NCBI GenBank assembly: GCA_029856125.1
Contig: JAHQWJ010000120.1
Coordinates: forward strand, 128,001 to 192,000
Length of the DNA stretch: 64,000 nucleotides
Reading direction: 5' to 3'
Source of the DNA: Promethearchaeia archaeon
GTDB lineage: Archaea; Asgardarchaeota; Lokiarchaeia; Sigyniarchaeales; SOKP01
Part shown: positions 50,475-60,360 of the stretch, piece by piece
Layout: each line of letters starts with the position of its first letter
Position numbering within the stretch: position 1 is the stretch's first letter
Position numbers and translations under genes: made by a program
Notes under the pieces: model-generated
The model's input: the letters and a program-made list of their open reading frames with translations, nothing else
Database searches by the model: none
Told to the model about the DNA's origin: nothing

Positions 50475-51659
50475 ATGAAACTAGGTAAATCGAGTTTACA
50501 CGACATAGCAAAGATACAACCGGATTCCGTGAAAAGAAGAAGAATTTCGAGTTATGACGCTTCTGGTGGCAACCATGATTGGATTGATATCAAACCCGGG
50601 GAAAAGGTTGTAATAGGCGAAGTGAACGATCCAGGTTGCATAACACATATTTGGTGCACGATTTTATGCAAATCACGCTATTATTTAAGGAATATCATAC
50701 TTAGAATGTATTGGGATAACGAACAAGAGGATTTTCCAAGTGTAGAAGTCCCTATCGGAGATTTTTTCGGATTAGGTCATGCCAAACATAAAAATTACGT
50801 TTCTTTACCGTTCCAAATGAGTCCTCAGTGGGGAAAAGGATTTAATTGTTGGTGGCCGATGCCTTTTTCAAAAGGGTTCAAATTTACAATAGAAAACGAT
50901 AATTCAAAAACGATGAGGTTCTTTTTTTATATCGATTACGAATTATATCAAGAAGGATTTGAAAACGAAAAAGATTATGGGCGTTTTCACGCACTCTGGC
51001 ATCGAGAAAATCCAACTACGCCTAAAAAGAAAGATAGTACCACGGGCAAGAAATTTACTAAAATCAAGCCAAAAAACTATGCTTATAGTGGAAATAACAT
51101 CGAAGACCCTCGATCTCAGAATTACAGAATTCTCGAAGCCATGGGGAAAGGTCATTTTGTAGGATGTCATTTAGATATTGATAATGTAACATTTCTCCCA
51201 TGGTACGTAAATTGGCCAGGTGAAGGCGACGATATGATTTACATTGACGAGGATATCGAAAAAGGTGTTCCTACTCTACATGGTACGGGCACAGAAGATT
51301 ACGTAAACCAGTCTTGGGCGCAATTTCAGAAATACCACGCTCCCTATCATGGTACAATCAAAGCGGGGGGAATAAATTGGTGGGGAAAAATTTCTTATTA
51401 CAGATACCACATTGAGGATCCAATCTATTTTAATAAAAAAATTCTTGTAACCATTGAACATGGACACGATAATCATCGTAGAGATGATTGGTCGTCCACT
51501 GCTTATTGGTATCAGATAGAACCACACGATCCTACTTTGTTTCCGAAATTACTTAATAAAAAAGGAAGAAAACCTCGTTTCCACTTAGCACATATGGTTA
51601 GAAAAACATTTTGTATTGGCTTACTACTAACGATTATATTGGTGTGGATTTTTCTATAG
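50475..51659 (+). CDS. DUF2961 / GH172-like glycoside hydrolase
   Basis: SSYD..GGN.D, PSVEVPIGDFFG, GEGDD, GTGTEDY, YRYH..DPI, EHG. Confidence 0.88.
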   Translation: MKLGKSSLHDIAKIQPDSVKRRRISSYDASGGNHDWIDIKPGEKVVIGEVNDPGCITHIWCTILCKSRYYLRNIILRMYWDNEQEDFPSVEVPIGDFFGLGHAKHKNYVSLPFQMSPQWGKGFNCWWPMPFSKGFKFTIENDNSKTMRFFFYIDYELYQEGFENEKDYGRFHALWHRENPTTPKKKDSTTGKKFTKIKPKNYAYSGNNIEDPRSQNYRILEAMGKGHFVGCHLDIDNVTFLPWYVNWPGEGDDMIYIDEDIEKGVPTLHGTGTEDYVNQSWAQFQKYHAPYHGTIKAGGINWWGKISYYRYHIEDPIYFNKKILVTIEHGHDNHRRDDWSSTAYWYQIEPHDPTLFPKLLNKKGRKPRFHLAHMVRKTFCIGLLLTIILVWIFL

Positions 51660-51742
51660 TTATTTGACTTAATTGTTTAAAAAATAAGCTGAAAAAACCA
51701 ACAAGTGAAAATTATAAGATATACTAATTTTTAACTAATATC

Positions 51743-52747
51743 TTGTCAGAAGTTTCTTTAATTAACGCAGTTGTTGGAATAATTCTTGCTTTAATCACTA
51801 CTTTTTGTTTCAACATAGGTATTGTCTATCAAAAAAAGGGTCTGAAAGAAGCTGCATTAAAGGGTATTGAGATAAAAACAGAAGAAGGCTTCATCAGCAT
51901 AATAAAGACATTTCTGAAGTTATTTAAAGTTAGATCATGGTTTATTGGTGCGATCTTAGGAGTCGCAGGTTGGTTTCCGTATATTATTTCTATTGGAATG
52001 GTTGGAGTTCTAGTTACGGAACCGGTTATGGCAACAGGCTTTATATTTTTTGTATTTGCAGCTATGAAAGTATTAAACGAGAGAGTTGGTATTATCGAAT
52101 ACATTGCAATAGGAATACTAACGGTTTCACCAATTCTTATTGGAGTTGCCGGGATATCTGATGTTGAACTAGATCTAGTCGAATTTGTACCTTCACTTGT
52201 TATATTTTTAACAATCTCCGTTTCCCTCAGCGTTATATCTTTGACAATCGCAAGGAAAAAAAGAGGTAAGAGCTCTGAGGGACTCTTTATTATGTTTGGA
52301 GGCGCTATCCTTTTCGCTCTCGGAGGCTCTGCTACAAACATATTAGCTCAAGCGTTAATTCAAGCAGGTGATTTTCAATGGTATACAATATTCCAATTAC
52401 CTTTTGGTATATTCTGGTTTTTTTTTGCAGGAAATTACATTGTTTTGTGGATATTTTTAGGATTTTGGATGATGGCTATTTTTAACCTTAGTAGCCTTCC
52501 GTATTATCAAAGTGGGTTCCAGAAAGGGAAAATTCTTATAATGTATCCAATATTAGATTCAATTGCTTTATTATTTCCCATTTTTGCAGGTATTTTCGTA
52601 TTTAAGCAAACTTTTGCGAATTTTCCGTTATTTTTTATCGCTTTACTTCTTACTGTTTTTGCTACAATTGTCTTAAGCAAGTACCAGGTTGCAATCGAGG
52701 AAATGGATATTACTGGTAACCCAACTAAGGAAGATCTACCTAGCTAA
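51743..52747 (+). CDS. DMT-superfamily (NIPA-like) membrane transporter
   Basis: About nine TM, QKKG motif after TM1, EP in TM3. Confidence 0.65.
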   Translation: MSEVSLINAVVGIILALITTFCFNIGIVYQKKGLKEAALKGIEIKTEEGFISIIKTFLKLFKVRSWFIGAILGVAGWFPYIISIGMVGVLVTEPVMATGFIFFVFAAMKVLNERVGIIEYIAIGILTVSPILIGVAGISDVELDLVEFVPSLVIFLTISVSLSVISLTIARKKRGKSSEGLFIMFGGAILFALGGSATNILAQALIQAGDFQWYTIFQLPFGIFWFFFAGNYIVLWIFLGFWMMAIFNLSSLPYYQSGFQKGKILIMYPILDSIALLFPIFAGIFVFKQTFANFPLFFIALLLTVFATIVLSKYQVAIEEMDITGNPTKEDLPS

Positions 52748-52892
52748 TCAGAAACATCAATAAAATCGGGTTAACACTACAGATATTTTCTATTTTGAAA
52801 TGATTATACTAAAATAAAATTGTTAAATTGACAATTCTTTAATCTATGTAATATATCAAATAGTACTTTATTAAAATAAATACATAAAAAAT

Positions 52893-53477
52893 GTGAGTGA
52901 CTTGAAGAAAAATAAAATAAAGCCAAGCGCATATTTATTTCCTATGCCTGTCGCGCTAATTGGGGCAAATGTAAATGGAAAACCAAATTTTGAGCCATTA
53001 GCTTATGTTGGTGTCGTCGAATATAAACCCCCTTTAATTTCAATTGCGTCCTACGAGACTCATTATACTAATATAGGAATAAAGGAAAATGGAGTTTTTA
53101 GCATAAACACTCCTTCTGAGAATATTATAAAGGGTACTGATTATTGCGGTATAGTTTCAGGAAAAAATGTAGATAAATCAGAAGTTTTTGATGTTTTTTA
53201 TGGAGAACTTAAGACTGCACCAATGATAAGTCAGTCTCCACTAAATTTGGAATGCAAAGTAATTAAGACTATAAAAATCAGCGAATTTGTTGATATTGAG
53301 AAAAGCCATGAGTTATTTATTGGAGAAGTAGTGAACGCTTATGCGGATGACGAATATCTCACCGAGGGTGCTCCAGACATTTATAAATTTAAAACTTTCA
53401 CATTTTCAATGGGACATTATTGGAAAGTAGGTGAAAAATTCGCAAAAGCATGGGAAGTTGGTAAAAATTATAAGTAA
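52893..53477 (+). CDS. Flavin reductase-like FMN-binding protein
   Basis: FPMPV..GKPN, DYCG..SG..DK, LEC, HELFIGEV. Confidence 0.9.
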   Translation: MSDLKKNKIKPSAYLFPMPVALIGANVNGKPNFEPLAYVGVVEYKPPLISIASYETHYTNIGIKENGVFSINTPSENIIKGTDYCGIVSGKNVDKSEVFDVFYGELKTAPMISQSPLNLECKVIKTIKISEFVDIEKSHELFIGEVVNAYADDEYLTEGAPDIYKFKTFTFSMGHYWKVGEKFAKAWEVGKNYK

Positions 53478-53550
53478 GGCTTCAAAAGAAATTAACGAAG
53501 AAAATCTTTAAAAGTTCCTATTTTTGTTAGTTTTAATAGAAATTTAATAA

Positions 53551-53931
53551 CTAGTTATTTTTTTTTAGGATATTCTTAACATAAGCTATAATTTCATTAC
53601 CAGAAACAGCTTTAACCAAATAACCATCCGCTCCTAATTCCTTACCTTTTTGAATATCTTCAAAAAAATTTTTTACAGAAAATAAAACTACAAGAATATT
53701 AGGATATCTTAACTTGATTTCGGTTAATATTTCGTACCCACTCTTGCCAGGGAGCATAATATCCAGTAAAATAAGTGCTATGTCGTCATGCTTTTCTTCT
53801 ACTATGTCTAACGCATCGTATCCATTACTACAAGTAATTGTTTCATATTTCTCTAATTGTAGAAACTTTTCAGTTAAATGTGTAATATCTTCCTCGTCGT
53901 CTACTATTAAAATCTTTTTCACTGCTGACAT
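53551..53931 (-). CDS. Single-domain response regulator receiver
   Basis: IVDDE, LLDIMLP, GADGYLVK. Confidence 0.92.
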   Translation of the reverse strand: MSAVKKILIVDDEEDITHLTEKFLQLEKYETITCSNGYDALDIVEEKHDDIALILLDIMLPGKSGYEILTEIKLRYPNILVVLFSVKNFFEDIQKGKELGADGYLVKAVSGNEIIAYVKNILKKNN

Positions 53932-54153
53932 TGAAATCCTTATTTCAGATAAATCTAATTTTTATTTAAAATTTGAATCTTTATTTAATACCTAATATAG
54001 TGTCATTTTAGTTATTTAAAAAGTATATATGATTCGCAGGTTTTGATCGCTAGGCTCGATCAATTTCTTTTGTTTAAAAGGGGATTGATTCCAATGCGAT
54101 TAGGCATTAAGAGATTATAAATGTTCGATAATTGAACGAATGATCGATAGAAC

Positions 54154-54534
54154 TTAATTATTTAATATATCCTTTACGTAAGATCGAAGCTCATTTCCTG
54201 AAAATGGTTTCGTTACATAACCATCAGCACCTAATTCCGTCCCTTTTTCCACATCCTCCTTAAAACTTTTAACTGTGAAAAGAATTACTTTAACATTGTT
54301 GTAGGAATCCTTCGATCTAATGGTTCTAAGAACTTCAAATCCGCTGAGCGCTGGCATCATAACATCTAACAATATCAATAGGATTTCGTTATATTTTTCT
54401 TCAAGAATTTTTAATGCTTCTTTACCGTTACTACATGTAAGAATATTGTAATTATCAAGCTGTAAAAACTTTTTAACGAGGCTAACTATATCAGGCTCAT
54501 CATCACAAATAAGGATAGAATTTTTATCTGACAT
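54154..54534 (-). CDS. Single-domain response regulator receiver
   Basis: ICDDE, LLDVMMP, GADGYVTKPF. Confidence 0.93.
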   Translation of the reverse strand: MSDKNSILICDDEPDIVSLVKKFLQLDNYNILTCSNGKEALKILEEKYNEILLILLDVMMPALSGFEVLRTIRSKDSYNNVKVILFTVKSFKEDVEKGTELGADGYVTKPFSGNELRSYVKDILNN

Positions 54535-54651
54535 ATTAAATCTTAATACTTTTTTTTAATCACTAATATTAAATTTCGTTTAATATATTAGATCAACTTA
54601 TTTAACTAATTTATATGTATACTTTTTACTATTCTGAATTAAAATTCTATT

Positions 54652-55326
54652 ATGTCGAAACACGATAGCACTCCGAAGTTCCCTAACTCTTATCTTGGGA
54701 ATAATTCTCTAGACTATGATTCATCAATATGGATGGAGAGAAATCAAAAAAAAACTACGATCCTCTGTTTACAATATTTGTATGACGAAAGATTAGATAT
54801 TCTAGAGAAACCGGATATTTTAAAAGATGAGCCTTCTTTCATTCTTGATTTAGGCTGTGGAACGGGATTTTCCACTGAGATTTTATTAGAGAGTGGTTTT
54901 AGGGTAGTTGGAGTCGATGTTTTAGACGACATGATTTCAAAAGTAAAAAATAAGAAGAATCACATGAAAAATCAAAACAATCTCGAGCTCATTTTGGCAG
55001 ATATAAACTTTATACCTTTAAGAAGGTCTTCAATTAATCACGCAATTTCTATCTCAGCATACAATTTCATCACCCATAAAGCAGAATCGATTCGAGAAAA
55101 AACGAAAATTGCAAATAACACTGCAAAATATTTGTATACATTACTGAAACCAAATGGAAGAATTATAATTGAATTCTACCCCAAAGACGATAATGAACTG
55201 GATATATTTAGTTCGTCTTTTAAAACTAATGGTTTTACTGGGTTTGTCGTCAAACAGAATCCTAATCAGAAATCAGGACAGACTTTTCTATTGTTAAAGA
55301 AGCGGTTATTATATATATCACAATAA
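54652..55326 (+). CDS. Class I SAM methyltransferase, Bud23/WBSCR22-like
   Basis: LDLGCGTG, AISISA, FYPKDD, GFTG. Confidence 0.8.
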   Translation: MSKHDSTPKFPNSYLGNNSLDYDSSIWMERNQKKTTILCLQYLYDERLDILEKPDILKDEPSFILDLGCGTGFSTEILLESGFRVVGVDVLDDMISKVKNKKNHMKNQNNLELILADINFIPLRRSSINHAISISAYNFITHKAESIREKTKIANNTAKYLYTLLKPNGRIIIEFYPKDDNELDIFSSSFKTNGFTGFVVKQNPNQKSGQTFLLLKKRLLYISQ

Positions 55327-55353
55327 TAATTGGAAAAAAAATCGGTATGAAAA

Positions 55354-56451
55354 ATGAAGAGAGTCCAGAGCATTGATATGATTCGAGGTTTTTGTATATT
55401 CCTTATGGTGCTCGGACACTTGCTTGATTGGTGGATAATAAAACAAGATAGATGGTTAATATTTTATTTGTTCTCGTTTTTAGCGCCAATAGCTGCTACG
55501 GGTTTTGTACTAGTATCTGGCTTCAGTGCAGCAATATCGTATAAAAGTAGAGCTAAAAAGGCAGAAACTTCTATTGATATTACTTTGACCCAAGCTAGAA
55601 ATATCTATTTAATTAGAGCTTTATTATTATTGGGAATAAGTTTAATTTATAATACTGCAATTGGTTTAGCCATGAACGACTTGAGGTGGATTTGGGCCTG
55701 GAATGTTCTCCAAACGATTTCAATTTCTCTCTTATTGGCGTGGCCTTTATTACGCACCCCAAAATACTTGCGAATTGGTTTAGGAATTGGATTATTAGTT
55801 TTGAATGAACTGCTTTCACCATTTTTACTTACATATAGCGGTCAACTAAATATTTATGGTGTTTTATTCCACATTTTATACCATCCGATAGAAGCATTTA
55901 CGATTTTGTCTTATTTCGCAATATTCATAATTGGAACTGTAGTTGGTGATTTCTTCTTTGACATTAATATAATCAAAGATCAAAAAGAAAGGAAGAATAC
56001 TATTAAACGCGTGTTTTTACGGACGATATTAATAGTAGGGATAATATTTACTTCATTCGGAATTATATATCGTTTTTATGATTTTATTTATCGCCGAACT
56101 CTTTCGGCTATGTTTTACTCGATTGGAGGGATTCTTATTTTACTCTCAGTTCTCTTATATCTCGAAGAATTTGAGAAAATTAAACCGAAAAAAAGGTACA
56201 GGTTTTTCTATTATTTCTCATTTTACTCTTTTACTATCTATATTGCTCACGATCCGTTGTTTTTTATATTTTTTCAGCAATTGAACGCTATAAATATCTG
56301 GCTGGCTGTTATCGGATTATTTGTAGTGATCACTTTAATGCTAAAGGTTATGCACAAAAAGTTAGGAATAAAAGGCTCTTTAAAAGCCCAGTTGGGTATC
56401 TTAAGTTTAATTATCGCAAATAAAATCGAACAAAGGAAAAGTAGAAATTAG
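55354..56451 (+). CDS. HGSNAT/OpgC-like membrane acyltransferase-family protein
   Basis: RVQSIDMIRG..M..H, multi-TM, SFTIYIAH. Confidence 0.8.
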   Translation: MKRVQSIDMIRGFCIFLMVLGHLLDWWIIKQDRWLIFYLFSFLAPIAATGFVLVSGFSAAISYKSRAKKAETSIDITLTQARNIYLIRALLLLGISLIYNTAIGLAMNDLRWIWAWNVLQTISISLLLAWPLLRTPKYLRIGLGIGLLVLNELLSPFLLTYSGQLNIYGVLFHILYHPIEAFTILSYFAIFIIGTVVGDFFFDINIIKDQKERKNTIKRVFLRTILIVGIIFTSFGIIYRFYDFIYRRTLSAMFYSIGGILILLSVLLYLEEFEKIKPKKRYRFFYYFSFYSFTIYIAHDPLFFIFFQQLNAINIWLAVIGLFVVITLMLKVMHKKLGIKGSLKAQLGILSLIIANKIEQRKSRN

Positions 56452-56538
56452 AAAATTAAGGTCTTTAAAGGTAGCAATGATAAAATTTATTACAATTTAA
56501 TGATTTTTCAAACTACTCAATTAAAAAAAGTTTAAAAA

Positions 56539-56844
56539 ATGCAGCAAGCACGAATAAGACTCAGCAGCACTCAATTACCTGCTTTGAAAGCTGTTTGTGA
56601 GCAAATAGAAAGCGTGTGCAAGAATCAAGGAATTAGAAAACTAGGACCTATTCCTTTACCTACAAAGAGCTTACGAGTTCCTGTAATGAAAGCACCTTCT
56701 GGGCAAGGTACCTCGACTTGGGCAAAATTCGAGATGAGAATTCACAAACGACTTTTTGAAATAACTGCCAACGAACGTTCGATGCATCTTATTATGAAAA
56801 TTCAAATTCCTGAGACAGTTTTAGTAGAAATTGAGTTAATGTAA
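56539..56844 (+). CDS. rps10: 30S ribosomal protein uS10 (archaeal type)
   Basis: ARIRLSS, GPIPLPTK, MRIHKRL, IPE.V.VEI. Confidence 0.95.
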   Translation: MQQARIRLSSTQLPALKAVCEQIESVCKNQGIRKLGPIPLPTKSLRVPVMKAPSGQGTSTWAKFEMRIHKRLFEITANERSMHLIMKIQIPETVLVEIELM

Positions 56845-56914
56845 TAACACTTCTTTCTTTAGGTTTTTAACATCTTTCAAAAGAATTAATATAGTTTGAA
56901 TTTATCAATAATTT

Positions 56915-57430
56915 ATGCCCTTTACACCATTTCATTTGGGTCCGGGTTTCCTTATTAGTTTAACATTTCTTTCTTTCATTGATATTCCTACTTTCTTAAT
57001 AGCGAGTGTAATTATTGACCTTGAGCCTTTTTTAGTTTTGGTTTTTCACTTAAATTATCCACTTCATGGTTTTCTCCATAGTTTTTTAGGAGGTTTTATC
57101 GTCGCCGCTCTTTTAACGATGGTTATGAGTAAGATTAGGAGGTACTTCACGCCTTTGATTACATTTTTTAAAATAGAACAAAATTTTTCGTTCAAAAAAA
57201 TATTATTTTCGAGCATTTGTGCAATTTTCCTCCATATATTATTAGACTCTCCAATTTACTTGGATATTCGACCGTTTTTCCCGTTTGAATTTAACCCTTT
57301 TTATCGAAGTACCGTCATGCCTGGCTTAATATTGTATTTAATTTGTGCTTGGTGTTTCATAGGAGCAATATTAGTATATATAATTAGACTGTTTCAATAT
57401 AAAATTAAAATTAGAAAATTATCCACTTAA
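56915..57430 (+). CDS. Membrane-bound metal-dependent hydrolase-like protein
   Basis: MPFTPFH, D-x-E, HGFLHS, HILLD. Confidence 0.8.
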   Translation: MPFTPFHLGPGFLISLTFLSFIDIPTFLIASVIIDLEPFLVLVFHLNYPLHGFLHSFLGGFIVAALLTMVMSKIRRYFTPLITFFKIEQNFSFKKILFSSICAIFLHILLDSPIYLDIRPFFPFEFNPFYRSTVMPGLILYLICAWCFIGAILVYIIRLFQYKIKIRKLST

Positions 57431-57499
57431 AATTTTTAGCATGAATTTAAATCAATAGGTAAATTTTATGTTTTTAAGACAGTGAGCTCTTAATGAATT

Positions 57500-58222
57500 A
57501 TGACAGATTATCATACTAAAACATTTTACGGACAAAAGTCTAGCATTACCCTTACAAGCCCTTCTAAGGCGGTTCCGTATATTTTCCTGAGTTGTATAAA
57601 TCGGAAGGAAGATGGGAAATGGGAGAACACATCGGAAGGGGAAGGGAAAACTGTTAAAATTAGTATTGAAGAAATTATTTGTATATTAGAGGTTCTTCTT
57701 AAAAAGAGCGCAAATTGGAGAGGTTTCCATGTCTTTAAAGAGCGTAAAACAGAAATTTATGTAGGCTGGGAAAAAGAATCTCGGGAAGTAATTCAAATTA
57801 AAATTGGGGAATATATTAAGAAACTCCGTTTTCCAAATCTAAATTTCTTCACCTTAATGCTTGAACATATATTAAACGAAAAAATTGAATGCGCTACGAG
57901 CGGAAAATCCAAGAAGAAATCAAAGGACGATGCTACTCCGGAAGAGGGCGATTATGGCATATTTTCTGAACACATAATAGCTAGAGACGGATTACAAGTA
58001 GTAGAAACTACGGAATTTGGTGTTTCAGAAGAAACAATCGAGATTGAAGCAAAAGTTAAAGTAGAAAGCCCTAAAGCTCTTTTAATAACATTAGAATCGG
58101 ATAAAGAATTTTGGATTCCAAAAAGCACAATTCACAACAATTACGATGTGGAAAACAAAAAGAAACTGCAAACACTTATTGTAGATAAATGGATTATAGA
58201 AAAACAAAGAATAGTCAAATGA
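57500..58222 (+). CDS. Hypothetical two-domain protein (Whirly/PC4-like N-terminus, WIPKS C-terminal domain)
   Basis: ORF clear; fold inferred from motif pattern only. Confidence 0.7.
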   Translation: MTDYHTKTFYGQKSSITLTSPSKAVPYIFLSCINRKEDGKWENTSEGEGKTVKISIEEIICILEVLLKKSANWRGFHVFKERKTEIYVGWEKESREVIQIKIGEYIKKLRFPNLNFFTLMLEHILNEKIECATSGKSKKKSKDDATPEEGDYGIFSEHIIARDGLQVVETTEFGVSEETIEIEAKVKVESPKALLITLESDKEFWIPKSTIHNNYDVENKKKLQTLIVDKWIIEKQRIVK

Positions 58223-59466
58223 CAAATAAAGATATAAGTGAAAAATTCTATGGTAAGCCCTTATTTGTGAATTTACTATTATTAGTTATAAATCTTTTTT
58301 TGTTTGTATTCAAGCTTATAGTTTCTAGTTTAAGTGGAAGTTTAGCCCTTCAAGCAGATGCTTTTGATAATTTAACAGATATTATTATGGTTTTTGCAGC
58401 TATAGTTGGAATTTACTATGCAAAAAAAAAACCTAATAAAAAGTTTCCATATGGCTATTACAAAATCGAAAATATAATAAGCCTCATTATTTCAATGGTC
58501 ATATTTTTTACGGCTTATAACATAATTACTACATCGTTCTCTGAAATTTCTGGAACCATTGCTGGATTTCCAAAACAGATAATAGTTACACCTCCTATTT
58601 TTCTTTTTTTAATAATCTCTTTACTAATTTCGTTCTTATCAACTATTTATTTAAAAATAGTTGGAAAACAGACAAAATCACCAATAATTCAATCTCAAGC
58701 AACTGAAAAACTCTACGATAATCTGATATCTTCTTCAGTAATAATCGGATTTATAAGTGCTTTATTTGGTATAAACCTTGTAGATTCAATTATTAGTTTA
58801 ATTATTGCCCTGCTTATCATCAAAGGGGGATATGATATTTTCTTAGCGTCTACTAAAACACTATTAGATGCAGTGATTGATTTTGATAAAAGAAATGAAC
58901 TCTATAAAATAATAGATAGCTTTCCAAATGTTAAAGAGATTGAAAACATTGAAATTCGCTCCTACGGGAGATATATTTTTGTTGAAACTGTAATTGAATT
59001 AAATAAAGAACTTCATTTACATCAAGTAGAATTATTAAAAAATACACTATCAGTTAAAATAAAAACAGAGTTCCCTGAAATCTTTAAAATTATAATTATT
59101 TCTCAGGCTCAACCAAAAGAAATTATTAAAATTGCTGTGCCCTTACTGGACGACAACGGTTTAAATTCTAAAATTTCTGAGCATTTTGGAGAATCTCCTT
59201 TCTTTTCTATCATAGAATTGCAAGAAGAAAATAATCAATTTAAATTAATCAATTATCATATTGTCCCAAATAAGTTTAAAGACGAAGAGAAAAGGAAAGG
59301 AATTTTGATTTCTGAGTGGTTTTTAGAAGAAAAAATTGATAAGCTTTATCTAAAAAGCGATTTGAAAAAGGGTCCAAAATTAATCTTAGAAAGTAGCTTA
59401 GTTCAAATGATAATTACTGAATTTGAAAGTTTACATGAGATTGTCGAACAAGAAACACAAATTTAA
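58219..59466 (+). CDS. Cation diffusion facilitator fused to a NifX/NifB-like domain
   Basis: SLALQADAF..D, FPYGY.K.E, dimerisation domain, ISEHFG; ATG overlaps the upstream TGA. Confidence 0.9.
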   Translation: MTNKDISEKFYGKPLFVNLLLLVINLFLFVFKLIVSSLSGSLALQADAFDNLTDIIMVFAAIVGIYYAKKKPNKKFPYGYYKIENIISLIISMVIFFTAYNIITTSFSEISGTIAGFPKQIIVTPPIFLFLIISLLISFLSTIYLKIVGKQTKSPIIQSQATEKLYDNLISSSVIIGFISALFGINLVDSIISLIIALLIIKGGYDIFLASTKTLLDAVIDFDKRNELYKIIDSFPNVKEIENIEIRSYGRYIFVETVIELNKELHLHQVELLKNTLSVKIKTEFPEIFKIIIISQAQPKEIIKIAVPLLDDNGLNSKISEHFGESPFFSIIELQEENNQFKLINYHIVPNKFKDEEKRKGILISEWFLEEKIDKLYLKSDLKKGPKLILESSLVQMIITEFESLHEIVEQETQI

Positions 59467-59523
59467 GTCTTAGAATAAGAAATATTTACCTAAGAACATT
59501 TAATTATTTACTTAAACTTTTAA

Positions 59524-60360
59524 TTGATTTCTATGGAACTGTCTATTAACCTGTTAAAATTAATTGCGTTAAATGTATATGATGCCATACATCCGATCTT
59601 AGGCTCTAAAAAGGCGGCAGAAAAGGCTCAGAGGGGTGTAGGAGGTGATATTTCAATGCAAATAGACCTTATTGCGGAAAATATCGTTATTAACACTTTA
59701 GAAAATGAGAAAATAAATCTATTGTTAATTAGCGAAGAATTAGGCGAAAAATATATAGGAAATAAAGAAGAAGCAATTAAAAGCCAAAATGTTTTAATTA
59801 TCGATCCTGTTGATGGTTCTAATAACGCAGTAAGAGGAATCCCATACTGTTCTATATCAATCGCCTATGCAAGAGGTAAGAGTATAAAGGACATAAAAAA
59901 AGCTGTCGTATTAGATTTAGTTTCAAAAGACATATATTGGGCTGTTAAAGGAGAGGGTGCTTACTTAAACGATAAGAAAATTCATGTTTCAAATCTGAAC
60001 CTTTCAGATAATTGCTTTTTTGAGCTGAACCTTCCAAAAAAAAACGCTTTTCAATATTTAAGTGAACTAAAACCAATTATTGAACGATTCCATCGTATCA
60101 GAATACTCGGGAGTAGTGCTTTAACCTTATGCCAGGTTGCCAAGGGCAGTATGGAAGCTTTTATTAATTTACGAGAATCTAACAGGTTAGTTGATGTTGC
60201 TGCTGGCCTTCTAATACTCAAAGAAGCAAAAGGTCAATTTTTCTCTCTTGATGGAAGCGAGCTTGATCAAAAACTATCTATAGCCTTAAAATTTCCATTT
60301 GTAGCTTGCAATGCGAATTTAGAACCATTCTTGAGAAACGAGTTAAGTAACAATTCTTAA
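59524..60360 (+). CDS. Inositol monophosphatase / FBPase (SuhB family)
   Basis: SEE, IDPVDGS.N, RILGS, DVAAG. Confidence 0.92.
   Translation: MISMELSINLLKLIALNVYDAIHPILGSKKAAEKAQRGVGGDISMQIDLIAENIVINTLENEKINLLLISEELGEKYIGNKEEAIKSQNVLIIDPVDGSNNAVRGIPYCSISIAYARGKSIKDIKKAVVLDLVSKDIYWAVKGEGAYLNDKKIHVSNLNLSDNCFFELNLPKKNAFQYLSELKPIIERFHRIRILGSSALTLCQVAKGSMEAFINLRESNRLVDVAAGLLILKEAKGQFFSLDGSELDQKLSIALKFPFVACNANLEPFLRNELSNNS

Noticed and set aside
54050-54120. Minus-strand AATCTC..CGAG as a third copy of the three-way junction
   Set aside because: Only 3 bp of P1, the loop signatures are absent, and there is no upstream in-frame UGA ORF.
58219-59466. CDF-NifX fusion as a novelty or evidence of nitrogen fixation
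   Set aside because: Known architecture in anaerobic archaea and bacteria; no nif genes in the window.
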